A stretch of DNA of 64,000 nucleotides, taken from Selaginella moellendorffii (Eukaryota; Plantae; Lycopodiophyta). How positions within the stretch are numbered: the stretch's first letter is position 1; every line of letters starts with the position of its first letter. This document shows, piece by piece, positions 1 through 14,589 of this stretch. The notes beneath the pieces are model-generated. The model had not been told where the DNA came from. It worked only from the letters and a program-made list of their open reading frames with translations, and ran no database searches. Where the stretch lies: contig NW_003314267.1 of assembly GCF_000143415.4 (NCBI RefSeq), positions 296,908 through 360,907 on the forward strand. Reading direction: 5' to 3'. A program made the position numbers and the translations under genes.

Positions 1-1990
1 TAGACTCTGTTTGACACCATTTTACATGCAGGTGCTGGATACGAGGAACTGGTGCTCATGAGATTGTACCGGACCCTCGTTCATAGTGCAATGGGCTTGG
101 AGTTTGGCTCCAAATTCAAGTGTGCTACACCCCATCTCATTCATTATATTTTGATGCCACTTGCACCAAAGTGTTCAAGTTAGATATACCAAGCTTTCAC
201 CCTAAGCAATTTAATCATGCATCACAACTTTGAGGCATCCCCTACTTAGTAGTATGCCCAATTCAATCTTTTTACTGAGAGTCTATGACCACCAAAAAAT
301 GAGTGTCCTCATATTCCAAACCATTACCACGCTTTAGTGAATTAAGACTCGAACCCAAGCACTAGAGGGTTAGGATTCAAACCCAACCTCCGTATATGCA
401 TCTACAGATGGCATCACCTAGGATGCCTAGCATGAATCCCCACACCAGTGTACCAAATTATACTCAATATGCACTACTAATCACAACTTAGGAACTTAGT
501 TCCTCTAAACTGCCAAGTCCTCTTACTTAACAAGTCTGTGATCATGCATGGACTCCTGCATGCTTGGCCCCATGGGCCACCTCTTTTGAAGTCAACACCT
601 TCAACTAGGGTCTTTGTTCCTTTGACTTGCCAATCTCACTTAGCAAGTTGCTCAACTAGTGTAATATGGTTTTATGCATAAGCGTATAAGTACTCAACCA
701 TTGACTTTTGTTTAAAGCCATCTCTTTGAACACTTGAGAACTACTTTTCCAACCTTGATAGCCTCACCTCATGGCAAGTTTTAAGACCATGCTTTTGTTA
801 TGCGACTTTAATTTCGCATATTCTATGAACCATTTACACTTGTCTTTTTAGATACTAATCTACCTAGAATTATCTTTGGGAATTTTGAAGTAACTCTATC
901 TTTTAGCTTGTTAAGGCTTTTCCTTTCACAAGTCTTCTAATTGTCATACAATCTAATATAGACAATTCCACATTTTAGACTCTTCATGGCATCACGATTG
1001 CCATTAACAACACTTTTGAGCACTCACTTGATTTTCCACTCCCAACTTGCATAACCATTCTTGGTTATACCCTTTGATTACTGTAGTTATCTTTTTACTA
1101 TTTGCTTTTAGCCTCACATGTTTCTTTTGGTTATCCTCTTCCAGACTAGTAAGATAGCTTTGCACTTTTTACCATATATTGGCAAATATTGTTAGGGATG
1201 AATTTACCAGATAGATTAGAGAGTGGTTCCTTAATCCGGATATACTCACCTTGTAATCTTATATACCGGGATTAATATTGCTACTTACGAGTCTTCATAT
1301 GCCCATCATTAACTTTGCCAAAATCCCTTTTGGCTTTGTACAATTTGGAAAGAGGGACTTCTCCCATCTCCGCAATCTTAGACATTGAATCATACCTTTT
1401 ATCCATTATTCATTAGAGATTTAGTCCCTTGGGCATTATCTAATGCCTTCATAATACTAAACACCACTTTCTAGTGTTTTAGAGTGTCTAGGTATCATAA
1501 TGATGACTTTTTTTTACAATGAGCATTTCACTTTTGAACATTAACTTACTATATTGCAATATAAACAATTTATCCTCTCGAGGGATATATTTAACATTTT
1601 TATCCTAATAAGAAGTTTTGGGTAGTTAATTTTTACCAATCCAATCAATTATGTTGCACTTTTTGCTTAGTTGCCTCATAATTGTCAATTTTTACAACTC
1701 ATTATTGATACTTCCATATCTCAATCATTATTTGGGTTATCACACTTTAATTGCATGCCTTTTAACTTAAGCTATGCCATTTCCATTTCCATTGGGATTT
1801 ATTTGGCAACAAGTTCTTGTGAACCCATTAATTTGACATTAAAGCATCACACATTAGCACATTTGGTGTTTCCACACCATTAACACTATAAGCCTACCTT
1901 TATGATGCTTTTCACTTGTGTTTAGGTCTTTGTCAAGACCAAAGTAATCTATAGTCCAACTTCACTCACTCACTCAACTCAAACACACCC
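1..1990 (-). mobile_element. Heavily decayed Ty3/gypsy relic (LTR end, PPT, 3' UTR, pol remnants) related to the chromovirus at 36.6-43.4 kb
   Basis: 226-410 aligns by eye with the chromovirus 3' UTR at 37754-37950 (GAGGCATCCCCTACTTAG..., GACTCGAACCCAA, AACCCAACCTCC). A possible LTR edge at ~129 is followed by a pyrimidine tract (PPT on the minus strand). No intact ORFs. The right boundary is uncertain. Confidence 0.5.
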
Positions 1991-3950
1991 AAGCACCAAG
2001 TTCATCTCTTTAGAACTTTCATTGATTGAAACAGGGGTATATCTAGGGATCAGTTGGCTTAGTGACAGCCCAATTCAAGAGTTCTTCCAGGATTTCTCTC
2101 ATTAATCGATACCACACTTGACCATAGATGGGGCAGTGAGTCACCATAGTCTGCTCCAACTGAATGCTCAGTCTCTCTACTGCCTAGCACACTCTCAAAT
2201 TGTGGGTGACACGATCTACATGTGGATCACGTCAAGGGACTTCATGCTGTTACACCATTTCCATGCACCTGTTCCACTCCTGAATAACTGCCCCCTATGA
2301 CCTCTAAACACCCTCCTAAATCCTCGGGAAGATTCCATCTAGAACCTCCTAGAATATTCCTAGGCTATTGTATATATACTCAGAATATTCTCCTTTGGAA
2401 TATTCCAGCTTTAACACACTAATAAAGCTTCTTCAGAAGCTTTCTCGGCTCCAAAACCACTTGAACTTCACCAACTTCAGCTGCATCTCTCTTCTAGGGC
2501 TCTAGCATGCTACTTCACTTCCTTTTGGACTTCCTCCAACTCACAAACCACACAAATCTCCAAAAAACAAGGGAAAAATGCAAAGTGAGTCAACCTTCTC
2601 AATTGACACCACTCCATGACAAAACTGGCGACAGTCCTAGGAGCCTCTGAAAGCTAAGACACTCCTCAACCTCACCATTTACCTCTCCAAGTCTCACTTT
2701 GATAACCACTCTCAACTTCTAGTTGAAACTTCATCATCACCATATTTGCTGGAAATTGAGGTCTTAAGCCTCAACAAGTGGCAACTGCAGTGGGATGCTC
2801 TTCTTCTAAGTTAAAGCAAACTCACAAATCCCTCACATTGAGCCTAAGGCGGTTTTCATCCCCATAGAAATGCCTTGGGCTGAAATTGTAACTTAGACTT
2901 AGTTTCTGGCTTTGTTATTCTATGTTTAACAATCTTTGCAGTGCAATTTCTTGCAACATAGAGCTCCATTTCTCTTGTCATTTCTTTCATTTGATACATC
3001 TCTTTCTCAGTTTTCTTTTGAGGTGGGGCCTTCTTGGGTCAAGATGTTATAAGAATTAATGCATGCAAGAGTTTTTCAGTCAAGATTCTTGAGTTGTTTA
3101 CACATGATCTTTTTTTTTTTTTGGTTTTTCTTTTTCTAGGGTTGTAGCTTATTTGAGATCTTTCCAATGAGTTTAATCTTGAGTGATTCCATGAGCTAGA
3201 GCATTTGTTCTTTGCAAAAATCCACTGTGTAATCTCATCTTAGAGAGAAAAAGAAAAATCTTGAGAGTTTTTCTTTCAAATCATGGCTTTTTTTTGTGGG
3301 TTCTTGTTGTGATAATTTTTTATTAAACTTGCAAAAGGCATATTTCTCCCTCACAAAAAAGCTTTCTTTGTGCTTTCTCCTCTTTTGGGCACAAACTCAT
3401 GTGTCATGGCCATTTTTAGACTATCATTGACACATTTATTCTTCCAACATAACAATCTCCTCTTTCATTTGTTGGTCTTTTGGATTGTTGCGACAATGCT
3501 TGACTTGGCTCTTGCTGAATGGCTTGGTTTTGGGAGTATAGTGGTTCTTTTCAACTTCAAACTCTATTTAGATTGTGGCTCTAGGCTCTTTCAACATTCA
3601 AAAGTGCTCCAACTTGAAAGGATATCATGCACTTTTCACAATCTTTAAGGTTATGGGTTCTTGCCATATTAGGGTCTATAACAATCTCTTATGGTTGCTT
3701 GTTGCAGCTAGTGGCCAAGATCCTCAAGATTCTATAGTTTAGAGGTGAGATTTTTAGAATATTCTATCTATAAAATCTTTTTGTTTACAAGAATATTCTA
3801 CTTAAATATTCTTTGTGTATGTATAAAACCCCAAGAGTTCTCAGGAGAAAATAAGGTTTTTTTTTTTACATTTGCTCCCATAACTTGTAGAGAAAAGCAT
3901 TGAGGTTTTGAGCTTTATCACTACAGCTTGCTAGTGGCAATATAGTGGCC

Positions 3951-5123
3951 TGGAAGCTATAAATTTTTCCTTTCAATTTGCCAGCTTACCTTGTCTATCC
4001 AACCAACACTGCTTTAGCTTTTAGCTAAGTTCCCTCGCCAAGGTTCCCGCCTATTGTACCAGCTCCTACTTGGTTTCAGCTACTCACTGCACAAGCAACA
4101 GAGTGTTAGCCATCCATCCACGGATTCTCAAATCTCTCCCAATCCTCCTTCCCGGGTTAGACTGGACTTAAGGTTCAGCTACACTCCCTGCAAGCACAAG
4201 CAGCTAAGCACACTAAGCCTCCAAGTTCCTAGCACCCTTTGGTACAACAAGACTTGATCATAGAACCCTCTAAATCCCAAGCCTTGGGTGCAACACTTGC
4301 TTCAGGATGCCGGGGCGAAACACCGTGGCCTAACGGCCCGGTATAGGTACCTCTACCCCCCCCCCCCCCCCACTTCCATGCCGAAGGGAAGGCCCAAGCC
4401 CCTAGGAAGGGTGAGGACCAATGAAACATAAGGTACTTAAGTGGGGCACCACTCCACATGAGCCGGGAGCATTGCAGTCAATTTTCCTTCCGGGAGTAGG
4501 AGCTATTCTTGAGCACTTTCTTGGGTGGCCCTCCGACACCACCTGAGTCCATGCTCACTCCCACCCAAGGCCCCTTGGTCCCAGTCTCAACCTCAAGTCA
4601 ATTTGGAAGCACCACTGGAGAGTTCCTTCAAGACTGGTTCCTAAACCTCGCTATCCCTACTATATTTTTGGGGAACCCCTTGCAGCGCCCCCCCCCCCCG
4701 GGAGACACATGCTTTGGGCTTTCACCCCTTGACCTATATTAATACTCAGACTCGCTCTCGGACTCGATCTCGGACCCGAATTTGGACTTGGTCTCGGACT
4801 CGATCTCGGACCCGAATTTGGACTTGGTCTCGGACTCGATCTCGGGCTCGACCTCGGACCCAATCTCGGACTCGACCTCAAATTCGACCTCGGACTTGGT
4901 CTCGGACCTGATCTCATATCTCAGACTCTATCTCGAACTCAGTCTCAAACTCGGTCACGGAGTTGGCCTCGGACTCAATCCCGAACTCTATCTCGAACTC
5001 GGTCTCAGAGTTGGTCTTAGACTCGATCTTGGACTCAGTCCCATCCGATGAACTCTTTATCATTTTGGTCATGCTTTCGGGGATCCTTTAACCTATGACA
5101 CCTTGGGGAGTTGGTTCCTTACA
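3951..5123 (-). mobile_element. Solo LTR, family A (chromovirus LTR), with 5-bp TSD TGGCC
   Basis: Colinear with the LTRs at 36581-37689 and 42633-43412. Ends are TGGAAG (degenerate TGTAAG)...CTTACA. TGGCC flanks both sides (3946-3950 and 5124-5128). Confidence 0.9.
4745..5041. repeat. Degenerate hexamer array (GACTCG/GATCTC/GGACCC units) inside LTR A
   Basis: Visible tandem periodicity; source of spurious RS/SP/DS dipeptide ORFs. Confidence 0.9.
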
Positions 5124-7919
5124 TGGCCTTAGGATAATAATCTTAAATTTAAGAGTGTTCTTGAGGAGTTAAATCTTCAGAGTGTTTTCTTAATAGGTTG
5201 AGAGAGTTTGAGGGAAAATTCTAAAACAAAAGAGAGTAGTTTATAGCTTATTAGTGGCAAAGTAAATTGAATCAATAGAAGAGCATTTTTGTCTTCTCTC
5301 TTTTGCAAGAGTGTGATAGTAGAGGAGTTAGGGGCAATTGCATCTTGCTTGGCACTTTAGAGCCTCTATTCTATTAATTCTAAAGTGGCTTATGGCTAGC
5401 TAGTGGTAACACAATGGCCCTAAGCTGTCCTATCTCCTTTGAGTGCACTTTATCATCCTTTCTTATATAAAATTCTTCTTGTGCAACACAAGGAATCAAG
5501 GCTCTTAATGTTGTAGCCATAAGAATCTTGAAAGAGATAGAGATAAAATATTGTGATTCATAATATTTCAAATGGTTGTATAAAACACCCATGAGGGTGA
5601 AACATCAAGAATTTGTGCTTTCAGTCTTGATTGGCAAAAAAGAGCTGCCACAAAAAGGAGGAGGATTGAAGTGTTATACCTCAACATAGTGAACCCAATA
5701 TGATTTTTTGGTTTTTTATTAATAGAGAATATTCATAGGGTTTAGAGTAGTGAACTTGACTTAGGATAATTAGAAAGCAGTAGGATATCCTCCTATTTAT
5801 TAATCTCGGGGGTGTGTTATTGGAGTTATGCTTCACAATGCATAATTTAGAGCTAAAATGGAGGAGTTTTAATCAATTTCTTTTAGTTCTCATTTCTCTT
5901 TTAGTGAATTTATTTTTGTAATTTAAGTTCAAGTTTTTTGGAGAGATTGAACCAATTCATTTGATGGGCTTTTAGATTTGGCAAAGTGCTATTTAAGGAG
6001 TGATTTTTTGGATATAAATTCATTGGGAGTTATGATATGCATATGTTTTTCTCTTAAAGAAAAAACATAATTCTAAGATGAAGCTTTGCATGGTGAGAAT
6101 TCTTTCCATCTTATCCATTCTTGCAAAATCTTATTTCTCATATTTACACATTTCCATTATTTTTGCTATTTCTTTCTTTTCCATATTGTGGTAATATTAA
6201 GTGTTTGGAATTCATTTTCATTGTTGTTTGTTATATAATATATGCCATACTTTCCTATTTCATTTGAGTTATGCCATTTTCATTTTCATAGAGTTTTAAC
6301 CAAATTTGAATTATTTTCTCTTATACTATGTTGTTGCATATGTGTAAAGTTTTTATCTTTCTTGCAGTTTTATACATCAAGTTATAGATCATTTTGTGAT
6401 CTTTCATGCCCATGTTAAATCATTAGATTTGATGTCTAATTTTACAAGATTTAACTATTTTTCTTTAGCCTTCACTCTTATTTAAGTGTAGCCACTATTC
6501 TTGTGAGTTTTTTCTTTCCCATTTATACTCTATTTTTGTTTTTCTTTTGTGTGAGAAGAATGACTTGGCTTCCTAGATTGATATTGAACTGTTTTCATAG
6601 TAGAAGTTTTCAATAGAAAAGAGTGACACTTATTTTCTTTAAAGATATTTCAATATCTTAGAGGTTTGTTTTTGAAATTTAAGCCACAACTATTTATTTT
6701 GGTGATAGGCTTTGGTGAAGGTATTACTTTATAATAGGGAAGTTCTATTTATCTTGATCATCATCTAATTTAATATGGATATTTCTATATGTTAGGCTTT
6801 TCATGGTATCATGTTTGAAAGTAGTGAACTTCTGAGCTCATACTTGATTCTCTACTCCTAACTTAAATAACTACTTTTGGTTAAGTCCTTCAATTCATGT
6901 TGTTCAATTCTATCCATTTATTATTTTCTTTTATCTCCACATATTCCTTTTGCTTATTCTTAAGAGGGTAAGTTTGCATACTACTATACCTTAGTAAATA
7001 TTCTTAAAACCCTAAGATCCAAGGGAACGTACCCTTTCTTTGATTCCCACCAAGTCAAAATTTCACCTATAGAAGTGTTTATCAACATTGTCATTGGGTC
7101 AAAGTCTAAAGGTCTATTTACTAAGTTACCTTTGGGACTTCTTCACCATATAATTATATATTTAAGCAAGAGGACCACTTCGTTTTATTTCTATTGTCAT
7201 GCATTTTAAGACAATATTTTGAACACTACAACCTAACATAAGTTTTGTGAGTACTTTCCTCACTTTCAATCACTAGCCATATGGCTAGAATAATGTTCTA
7301 ATGAATTACGTAAAAGTTCCAATTAGGTAGTGCCACCCATATTTAAATTGTGAGTATTGACCATTCAATCTCTTAAAGTCTAACACATATGACTACTGTT
7401 CGGTAGTTAAATCTTATCATTGAGTTTTCTTGATAATGCATTTGTTATTGAATTTTGTTAGATGGTTTATCCTATATCTTCAAATTTATAATGAATCTTG
7501 GTGGTTTTTATCTCTTATTAGTTTATCAAATGATAACTTCATTGAAATACTTTTATATTCTAATATAAAACTTATTTAGTGATAAATTGTTTTCTAAAAT
7601 ATTATTTTCTTTGACTTTGATATTGTTCAACATGTTAATCTTGGGTTTAGTAAAGGATATTGAGTGCATATTAGACCCTCATTTTATAGTATAATAAACT
7701 TAGATTTTAGCTCTAAATTCAAGTGTGAGTTGCATACATGCCTCTATCAATAAATGAATATTTATAAATATGTATACAAAATTCTTACTGAATGGTGCAA
7801 TTTAAGTAATTTTACAATATCATTTTAGAGCTACTAAGAAAATCTCTATGTATGCAACTAAAGTCAAAAACTCTAACAAAATTTATATATGAATTTCTGA
7901 GATAATTCCTCTAATACCA

Positions 7920-8800
7920 AATATAGTGAGATGGTGAAACAGAACTATGTTGATGATATTAAAACCTTCAAATAAGCAAATTAAGAGGAAGAAACTTTTG
8001 TTATAGAAGAGGCTGAAACTAAGTTAGAAGAGGAAGAGCTTGGGTCTAAGACTACACCACCGCAACATACGACTCAAAACATTGAGATGGAAAATTTGTG
8101 AAAAAAGCTTCACAAATTAAAGAAGGAGAAAAAAAAAAGAAAAAATAGTTAAATCAACTAAACCTAAGCAACCAAATTCCTCTTTAAATTCTCAAAATGA
8201 TAAAGTTTTGTAATTACCTCAATTGTATAAGTTTTAAATTTTAAGCCCTTGAAACCACCCAACTTCAAAAGTATGTAGGACTATTAGGTTTTAAAAGACT
8301 TAAAATTTATGATATGGAAAACTATTTTGTAGTGGTAAATATAGATGATTATATGAGAGTTGTGTATACACAATTCTTTCTCACCAATTATGCCAAAACG
8401 TAGTGGCACTAGGTGTGCATTGAAAAAGGGTAAATTAGAAGTTGGAGTAAGATGCAATTTCATATCTATAAATAATATTTGCTAGATGATTTTGGTCTTA
8501 AAATTCATGGAGAGCTACGATGGATAAGGCAACATAGGGACCTCATGCACTATGTTAATACATGCACTATGTTACTATGTTAATTATGATTGCAAATATG
8601 AGTGATAAAGATATTTTTGGAACATTTAAATTTACTTTCTTCTAAATTTAATTTAAAGATATACTTGGAGTGTAAGGAGGCAATATAGCAACATGGAATA
8701 GTATTAGTAGCCATTGTTGGTACCTTGGATAAGAATAACAACTCTAGGAAGACAAAATGAATGAAAATAAATGGTGGAAGGAAAATTCCACTTCTAAAGA
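7920..8800 (+). pseudogene. Decayed Ty3/gypsy gag relic
   Basis: Fragments KPPNFK..YDMENYF, LTNYAKT*W and ELRWIRQ resemble gag of element A (KPPPVSKG..YDMEDYF, LADNAKSWW, EISRLKQ). Many stops and frameshifts. Confidence 0.55.
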
Positions 8801-11800
8801 TTCTAGATAGAAGTTGACCAAGGAGAATTAAGATGCCTACCTTCTAGGACTGCAGGGATGTCATAGTAGTGTGTAGTGTGCTTTGCAAACATTTTAAGCA
8901 TAACTAAAATATATAGGGAGATATTGAGGTAGATATGTTAGGCAAGCTTTAGAAAGATGATGCTCAGAATCAGCCAAAGTATTATGCCTAACTATCACCA
9001 ACTCGATTGCATTCAATTTCTTTCCACTCTGAGTGACTCTCACACCTTCCCAACAATTGGGATCACACAGCTAAAAATTTCTATAAGAGATCTCTTGTGA
9101 TTGTCCATGGGGTGGGGCTTGGTCTACCCTTGCACTTCAAAATTCCACCTTTTATACTCTTAGGTTTGAGATTCCATTGATCTATTGCACTACATGGGAT
9201 TCTTATGTTTAGATTTTATATATTTTACCACTTTTTAACAATGCCATATGGATCAATGCTATAGTTTCTACACTTCTATAGTTAAGTGCTATTGGAACAA
9301 TAGGAAATTGGCAATTGCTAAAGTGCAAGGGGTCATTGAGGCAATATAAACTTGGCAATAGCATTCGCATACCTAGGGCAGCTGGTTGACGTATATGGTA
9401 CCATTCCACTGGCACCTTGTGGATCAGTATTGGCTTGGATTGTTCACCATGCCCTAGGCAATACAAGCTTATACTCATCATTCTACAATAGAGGGGATAA
9501 AAAGTGGACGGTAGAAGATATAGGAGTAAGATTCAAAGGATTTCACCTTATGTCAAACTTTAGAAACTTTTTTTTTTCTCCATTGACTTAGAAACAAGCT
9601 TAAAAATAATATATATTTGAACAATAATGCAGAAATTTATAGTAAATTTAAGATGTTTTACATTTTCATAATTGGTCTACTTTTAAGTTTATGCAGGTTG
9701 TCACTTGCATACTCAAGTATGGCAATCAAAGAATGTGAAAGAGTTGGACATGTATTTCTTAATCCTGATACTTTCTGTCAATGCTCTTTTGATGTTGTTA
9801 GCATATATACAGATAATCAAGTTCCAGATATTTATTACTCAAGACTTGGCCATTTAGTAATGATCCTTCTTATTCGTCAAATACATGAGCATACAATGGA
9901 TGATATTACTCAAGCTTTTGATGATTGCTGGGAGGAATGCTTACAATTTGACTATCCTAGCTGTAGGATAACATTATTGGATAATTCTATGCGCCTCTAT
10001 ATTGAGAATGGAAATCGAGAATTATTATATTCCAATTTATTCAAACAAGAATCAACTTATCCCTCATGTTTAAGAAAATAAACTTAGTTTTAAATTGTTG
10101 TTAAAATTTTAAAAATTTACTAGAATTTCATTAGTCCTGAAATTTTTGGGAAATTATTTTCTCAACTTTAGAAACTTAGAGGCTCTTATATTACATATGC
10201 TACAATAGGTAAAACAGAAAATCCACTAATAAAATATGGATCTATCATTTAGAAGTATCACCTCCATTTGCACCAATGGAATGTACAAAGGAAGCTGGCA
10301 GCATGTTTCTATCTGAATCAAGCCAAATTTCGACCTAGAGCAAAAACAAATTTTCCAAAGATTGGCATAAGGTAAAAACCTTTGAATCTTATTCCAACTA
10401 TCAATATATCACTCACTTTTTACTATATTTGTACAATAATAAAGGAACTTTAACTTATAGTTCCCTCTATTTTAGAAGAAAACCCTTGAATAACGAGTAT
10501 AAGCTTTTATATGTCATAGTCACAATCCTAATACTTTATAAATGGGTTGTATTCTACATTTATAATCAAATTTCATTTAGGTAGCTCTAGGGAATGCAAC
10601 AAATTAAAGCCTCTTCCTTCTAGGATGGGGGGGGGAGGAGTGAGCCACAGCTATGGCTGAATCTTGGTGATTAAAGAGTAGGTAGAAGTGGAAAAGGGCA
10701 ACCTATATGGTTTAATAGGAATATCCCAAGAAGCAAAATAACTTACGAAAAGTTTTTTGTATGAGGGATCTTCCAGCTGCTGGATTTATCGTCGGCTGCG
10801 GGACCTTCCTGAATGCCGAAAACTTGGAGAAATCAGTACCTCCTGGCTTGTGGTTGAAGGTGGAAGCGAGCTGCAACCCGAAGAACAAGTATCCGGTCAA
10901 CTCCTTGAGATTCTCTTCTAGGGTTGATAAGTCATATAAAAAAACCGTCCTAAGCACCTTGGCATTGAGATTCTTGAAGGGTTCAACAAGGCCGCTGACA
11001 GTGTCAAGAGGATCATACTCTGCACAGCAATACTAAATTCTTAATGGAATAGTTTGATCCAATAAGTACACGAGATTGTTGTAAATAGTATGGGAGAGCA
11101 GCCAGCTTGATTCACTGCTAAAACATACAACTATAAAAGCGCATCCCGTGACCTGGAGCTTCAACGTAGAAAGCCCAACTTCCGTACCACTCAAGCCGAG
11201 AATCTAGAATGGGAAAAGCTACACGGCGCTCAGGCCGGACTGCCTCCCCATGCCGACTTGGAAATCTCAAGTTCAAAGTGTTGGAAGTAGGTGTCCAAAG
11301 ACCAAAGATATCGCAGAAGGAGATCATCTATGGCGGTGCCTGGTCTCCGTCCAGCATCGACAAAGCAGTGAGTGTGGAGCCAGTCAGCGGCCGAGGCATT
11401 GCTTTGGTGAAGCATTCGTAAGATATCAAGCGAGAAAAACTTAGTCAGCAACCCACAATCCAGTGGTGGAACGTAACGCTGGCTTCCCAAAGTCAGTCTC
11501 AGCTGCTTCCTAGTGCTCTCGGCTAGTGAGAAAGAGTACGAGCGGATGTCTGATAAAAAAACTAAGTTCACGACGAAGCATACCTCCGTCCTTTATGGTT
11601 TTAAGCGGACTGGACTTATAAAGCGACTCCAATCAGCGGTTTTGAGCAACACCACCCCGTACCTCCGATGATTAAGAATTTACTGTATGAAGTCATTTTT
11701 TAAAAGAAAGAAGCTTGAGGCGATAGTACGCAAACCTTAAAATGATTCTTTCAGGAATGTTGACCATGTAGAAATGCTACACGAGATAAGAACGCGAGAT

Positions 11801-12422
11801 CTTCCACCTTGCAAAGATAAGGCATCACGTAATTAAGAAAACTTCAGCTTGTCACTTAGATTCTCCGTCACTTCAACCTTGAAGGCCTCGTGAGCGTTAC
11901 AGCTCTTTTTCCCACGCTCCAAGCACCACACATTTTATGTTTTCTTGCAACTTCTGTCCACCTCACCACGCAAAAGAGGAGAGCAGCTCTCCTCCACATT
12001 CTGCGAAACAAATCGATGTCTCAAAACAGTGGAAGAATTAAAATTTACCGAACCTGTTCTTGTAGCCTCGGAATCAACACAACGTTTCACAGAGTCCACG
12101 GAGCCTCTTAAGGGATTCCACCACCACCATCTTTCCCTTCTCTTTAGTGTAGTACTGGCACTCCATTCCTTTAACAGTTACTTGTTCCCCACCATCTCAA
12201 AATGCTGTCCTCCATAAAAACTTGCAAACTTTAGATCGCTCTCCTTGTAAGAGTGAGCATGACCCTTGTGGTCCTTCCTTTGTCTGGTTCCAGCTTCAGA
12301 ATTTCCTTGCACTAAGCATCTCTCCGAGTCGATTTAAAGCGGACCAGCGCGAGTCACCAGCCGGAAGTGTTCTTCATGGTGAGTTCCATTTTCGTTTCTG
12401 CGGATCCGAGTCGATGAACTGA

Positions 12423-14496
12423 ATGTCTTTCCAGGAGGACAACCAGAAGGGGAAGCAGCTGAACCGGGAAGCTACTGGCGATGGAACTCTGGATCTGTTC
12501 GGAAGGCCTGCTGTGAAATGCAAAACCGGTGGATGGTTTACATCCTCGCTTATCCTTGGTATTCTTCCTTCCCCTCAGCTCTGGAAGGATCATCAAAATC
12601 AATGCTCAGGAAAACACTGTAGAGAATCGCTTACGAGTTGCCAGAATCCTCCTAAACTTTCTGAGTGCTTATAGAATATAAGATAGCGATGATATTCGAG
12701 CGCTATCGAGCGCTGGCTACAGGCTTTGTTGCTTATTGCTGTACTTTGCTGATCTAGGAACACAAGGATTTGCGGCCGTTGGCTACTTTGGAGTCTGCAC
12801 GAACCTCATCCTCTACCTCACCAGAGTCCTGCACGAAGGCAATGCGGTCGCAGCAAACAACGTGAGCAACTGGATTGGAACATCTTACGTGACATCTTTA
12901 ATTGGAGGATTTTTGGGGGACGCATACCTTGGAAGATTCTGGACTGCAGCAGTTTTCCTCGTCATCTACCTCCTGGTAAGTAAATTCCGTAAGAAACAGA
13001 AGAAGCGAAGCATTTTCTGTGCAGGGAATGGTGTTGCTTACACTTACAGCAACCGTGAAAGCGTTTAAACCCCCAGCGTGCACGAGAAATCAGTCCTTCT
13101 GCCCCAAAACTTCACCTGAAAAAACAACACTGTTATACGTTGCACTATACATCATAGCACTTGGCTATGGCGGACACCAACCTTGCCTTACCTCTTTGGG
13201 AGCTGATCAGTTCGACAAGGAAGATCCGAAAGAGCAGACAGAGGCCACCAGGTTCTTCAGCTGGTACTACATGTCCATCACGTTTGGTGCAATCACGGCG
13301 GGAGTGCTTTTCGTTTACGTAGAAGACAATATCGGCTGGGGTGTAGGATTCGGGCTCTCAACCGCAGCAGCGGTGGCAGCAGTGGTAGCCTTCTTTATCG
13401 GAGCTCCAAGATACCGCCAGCAGCGAACCGGAGGAAATCCCTTCACCAGGGTAGCACAGGTATTTAATGCCGCGCTGCATAAACACCACGTAAAAGTTCC
13501 TTCGGACAGCTCACTTCTTTACGAAGTCGACTTCAAAGGCTCTGCGATACAAGGAAGTCGTAAGATTCTCCACAGTGACGAGTTCAGGTAAAGAACTCGG
13601 TTTGTCTAGATCAAAAACATTAAAGCCCCGGTTTTGACAGATACCTTGACAAAGCAGCAACGGAGATCGACAGTGATACAGTGGCTGGAACCAGCGAGAA
13701 AAATCCATGGCGACTCTGCACGATCACACAAGTCGAGGAGGTAAAATGCATCCTAAGAATTCTCCCTATCTGGGCCAGTAGCATCCTCTTCTCCACCCTC
13801 TACACGCAAATGAGTACCTTGTTCGTGGAGCAAGGCGCCACCATGAACACCCACGTCGCGGGCTTTAAAATCCCGCCAGCGTCCCTTTCCACTTTCACCA
13901 TGATCAGCGTTCTCCTCTCGGCCCCTACATACGAGTACGTGGTGGTTCCACTAGGACGAAAGATCACAGGAAATAAAAGAGGACTTACGAGCCTCCAGCG
14001 GATGGGAGTTGGACTGATCGTCGTCACGGTGGCAATGATCTTCGCGGCACTGGTGGAGATCTTCCGCCTCAAATCCGCAAGAGCTCACGGCTTGATCGAT
14101 GCAGCCAAGCCGGTCCCAATGAGCGTCTTCTGGCAAATCCCGCAATACTTCCTGGTTGGAGCCTCCGAGGTCTTCACTTACATCGGCCAGCTCGATTTCT
14201 TCTACGAGGAATCCCCCGACGCGATCCGGAGCCTGAGCGTGGCGCTGTCGCCGACGTCGTTCGCGCTGGGGAATTACGTGAGTAGCCTGCTGGTGACCTG
14301 CGTGATGGAGCTCACGAGCAAGGGCGCCCGGCTGGGATGGATCCCAAACAACCTCAACCGCGGCCATCTCGATTACTACTTCTGGCTGCTCAGCGCCATC
14401 AGCATTCTCAACCTGGCGTTCTACCTGGCCTGCGCGATCTGGTACAAATTTATCCAGATCGATCGCCACGACGACGCTGCTCGCGAAGAGCCCTAA
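12423..14496 (+). CDS. NRT1/PTR family (NPF) transporter, NPF7-like; exons 12423-12558, 12758-12975, 13025-13587, 13641-14496
   Basis: Motifs DGTLD..GRPA..KTGGW, GGFLGDAYLGRFWT, LGADQFD, FFSWYY, TQVEEVK, WQIPQYFL, NLNRGHLDYYFWLL. GT-AG introns restore the frame. Confidence 0.93.
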
Positions 14497-14589
14497 AATA
14501 TTTTCTAGGGCTATTTGATTTGACTGACTGGTGGGAAAAATCTGTAATACATTTGTGACCAGGTTCATTGGATTGTTCTAGCAGGAAGA

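Noticed and set aside
2770-2800. Possible Tat/Ogre-like PBS (TGGCAACTGCAGTGGGA) and a copia-like PPT near 5650
   Set aside because: Too degenerate; no matching LTR pair could be delimited.
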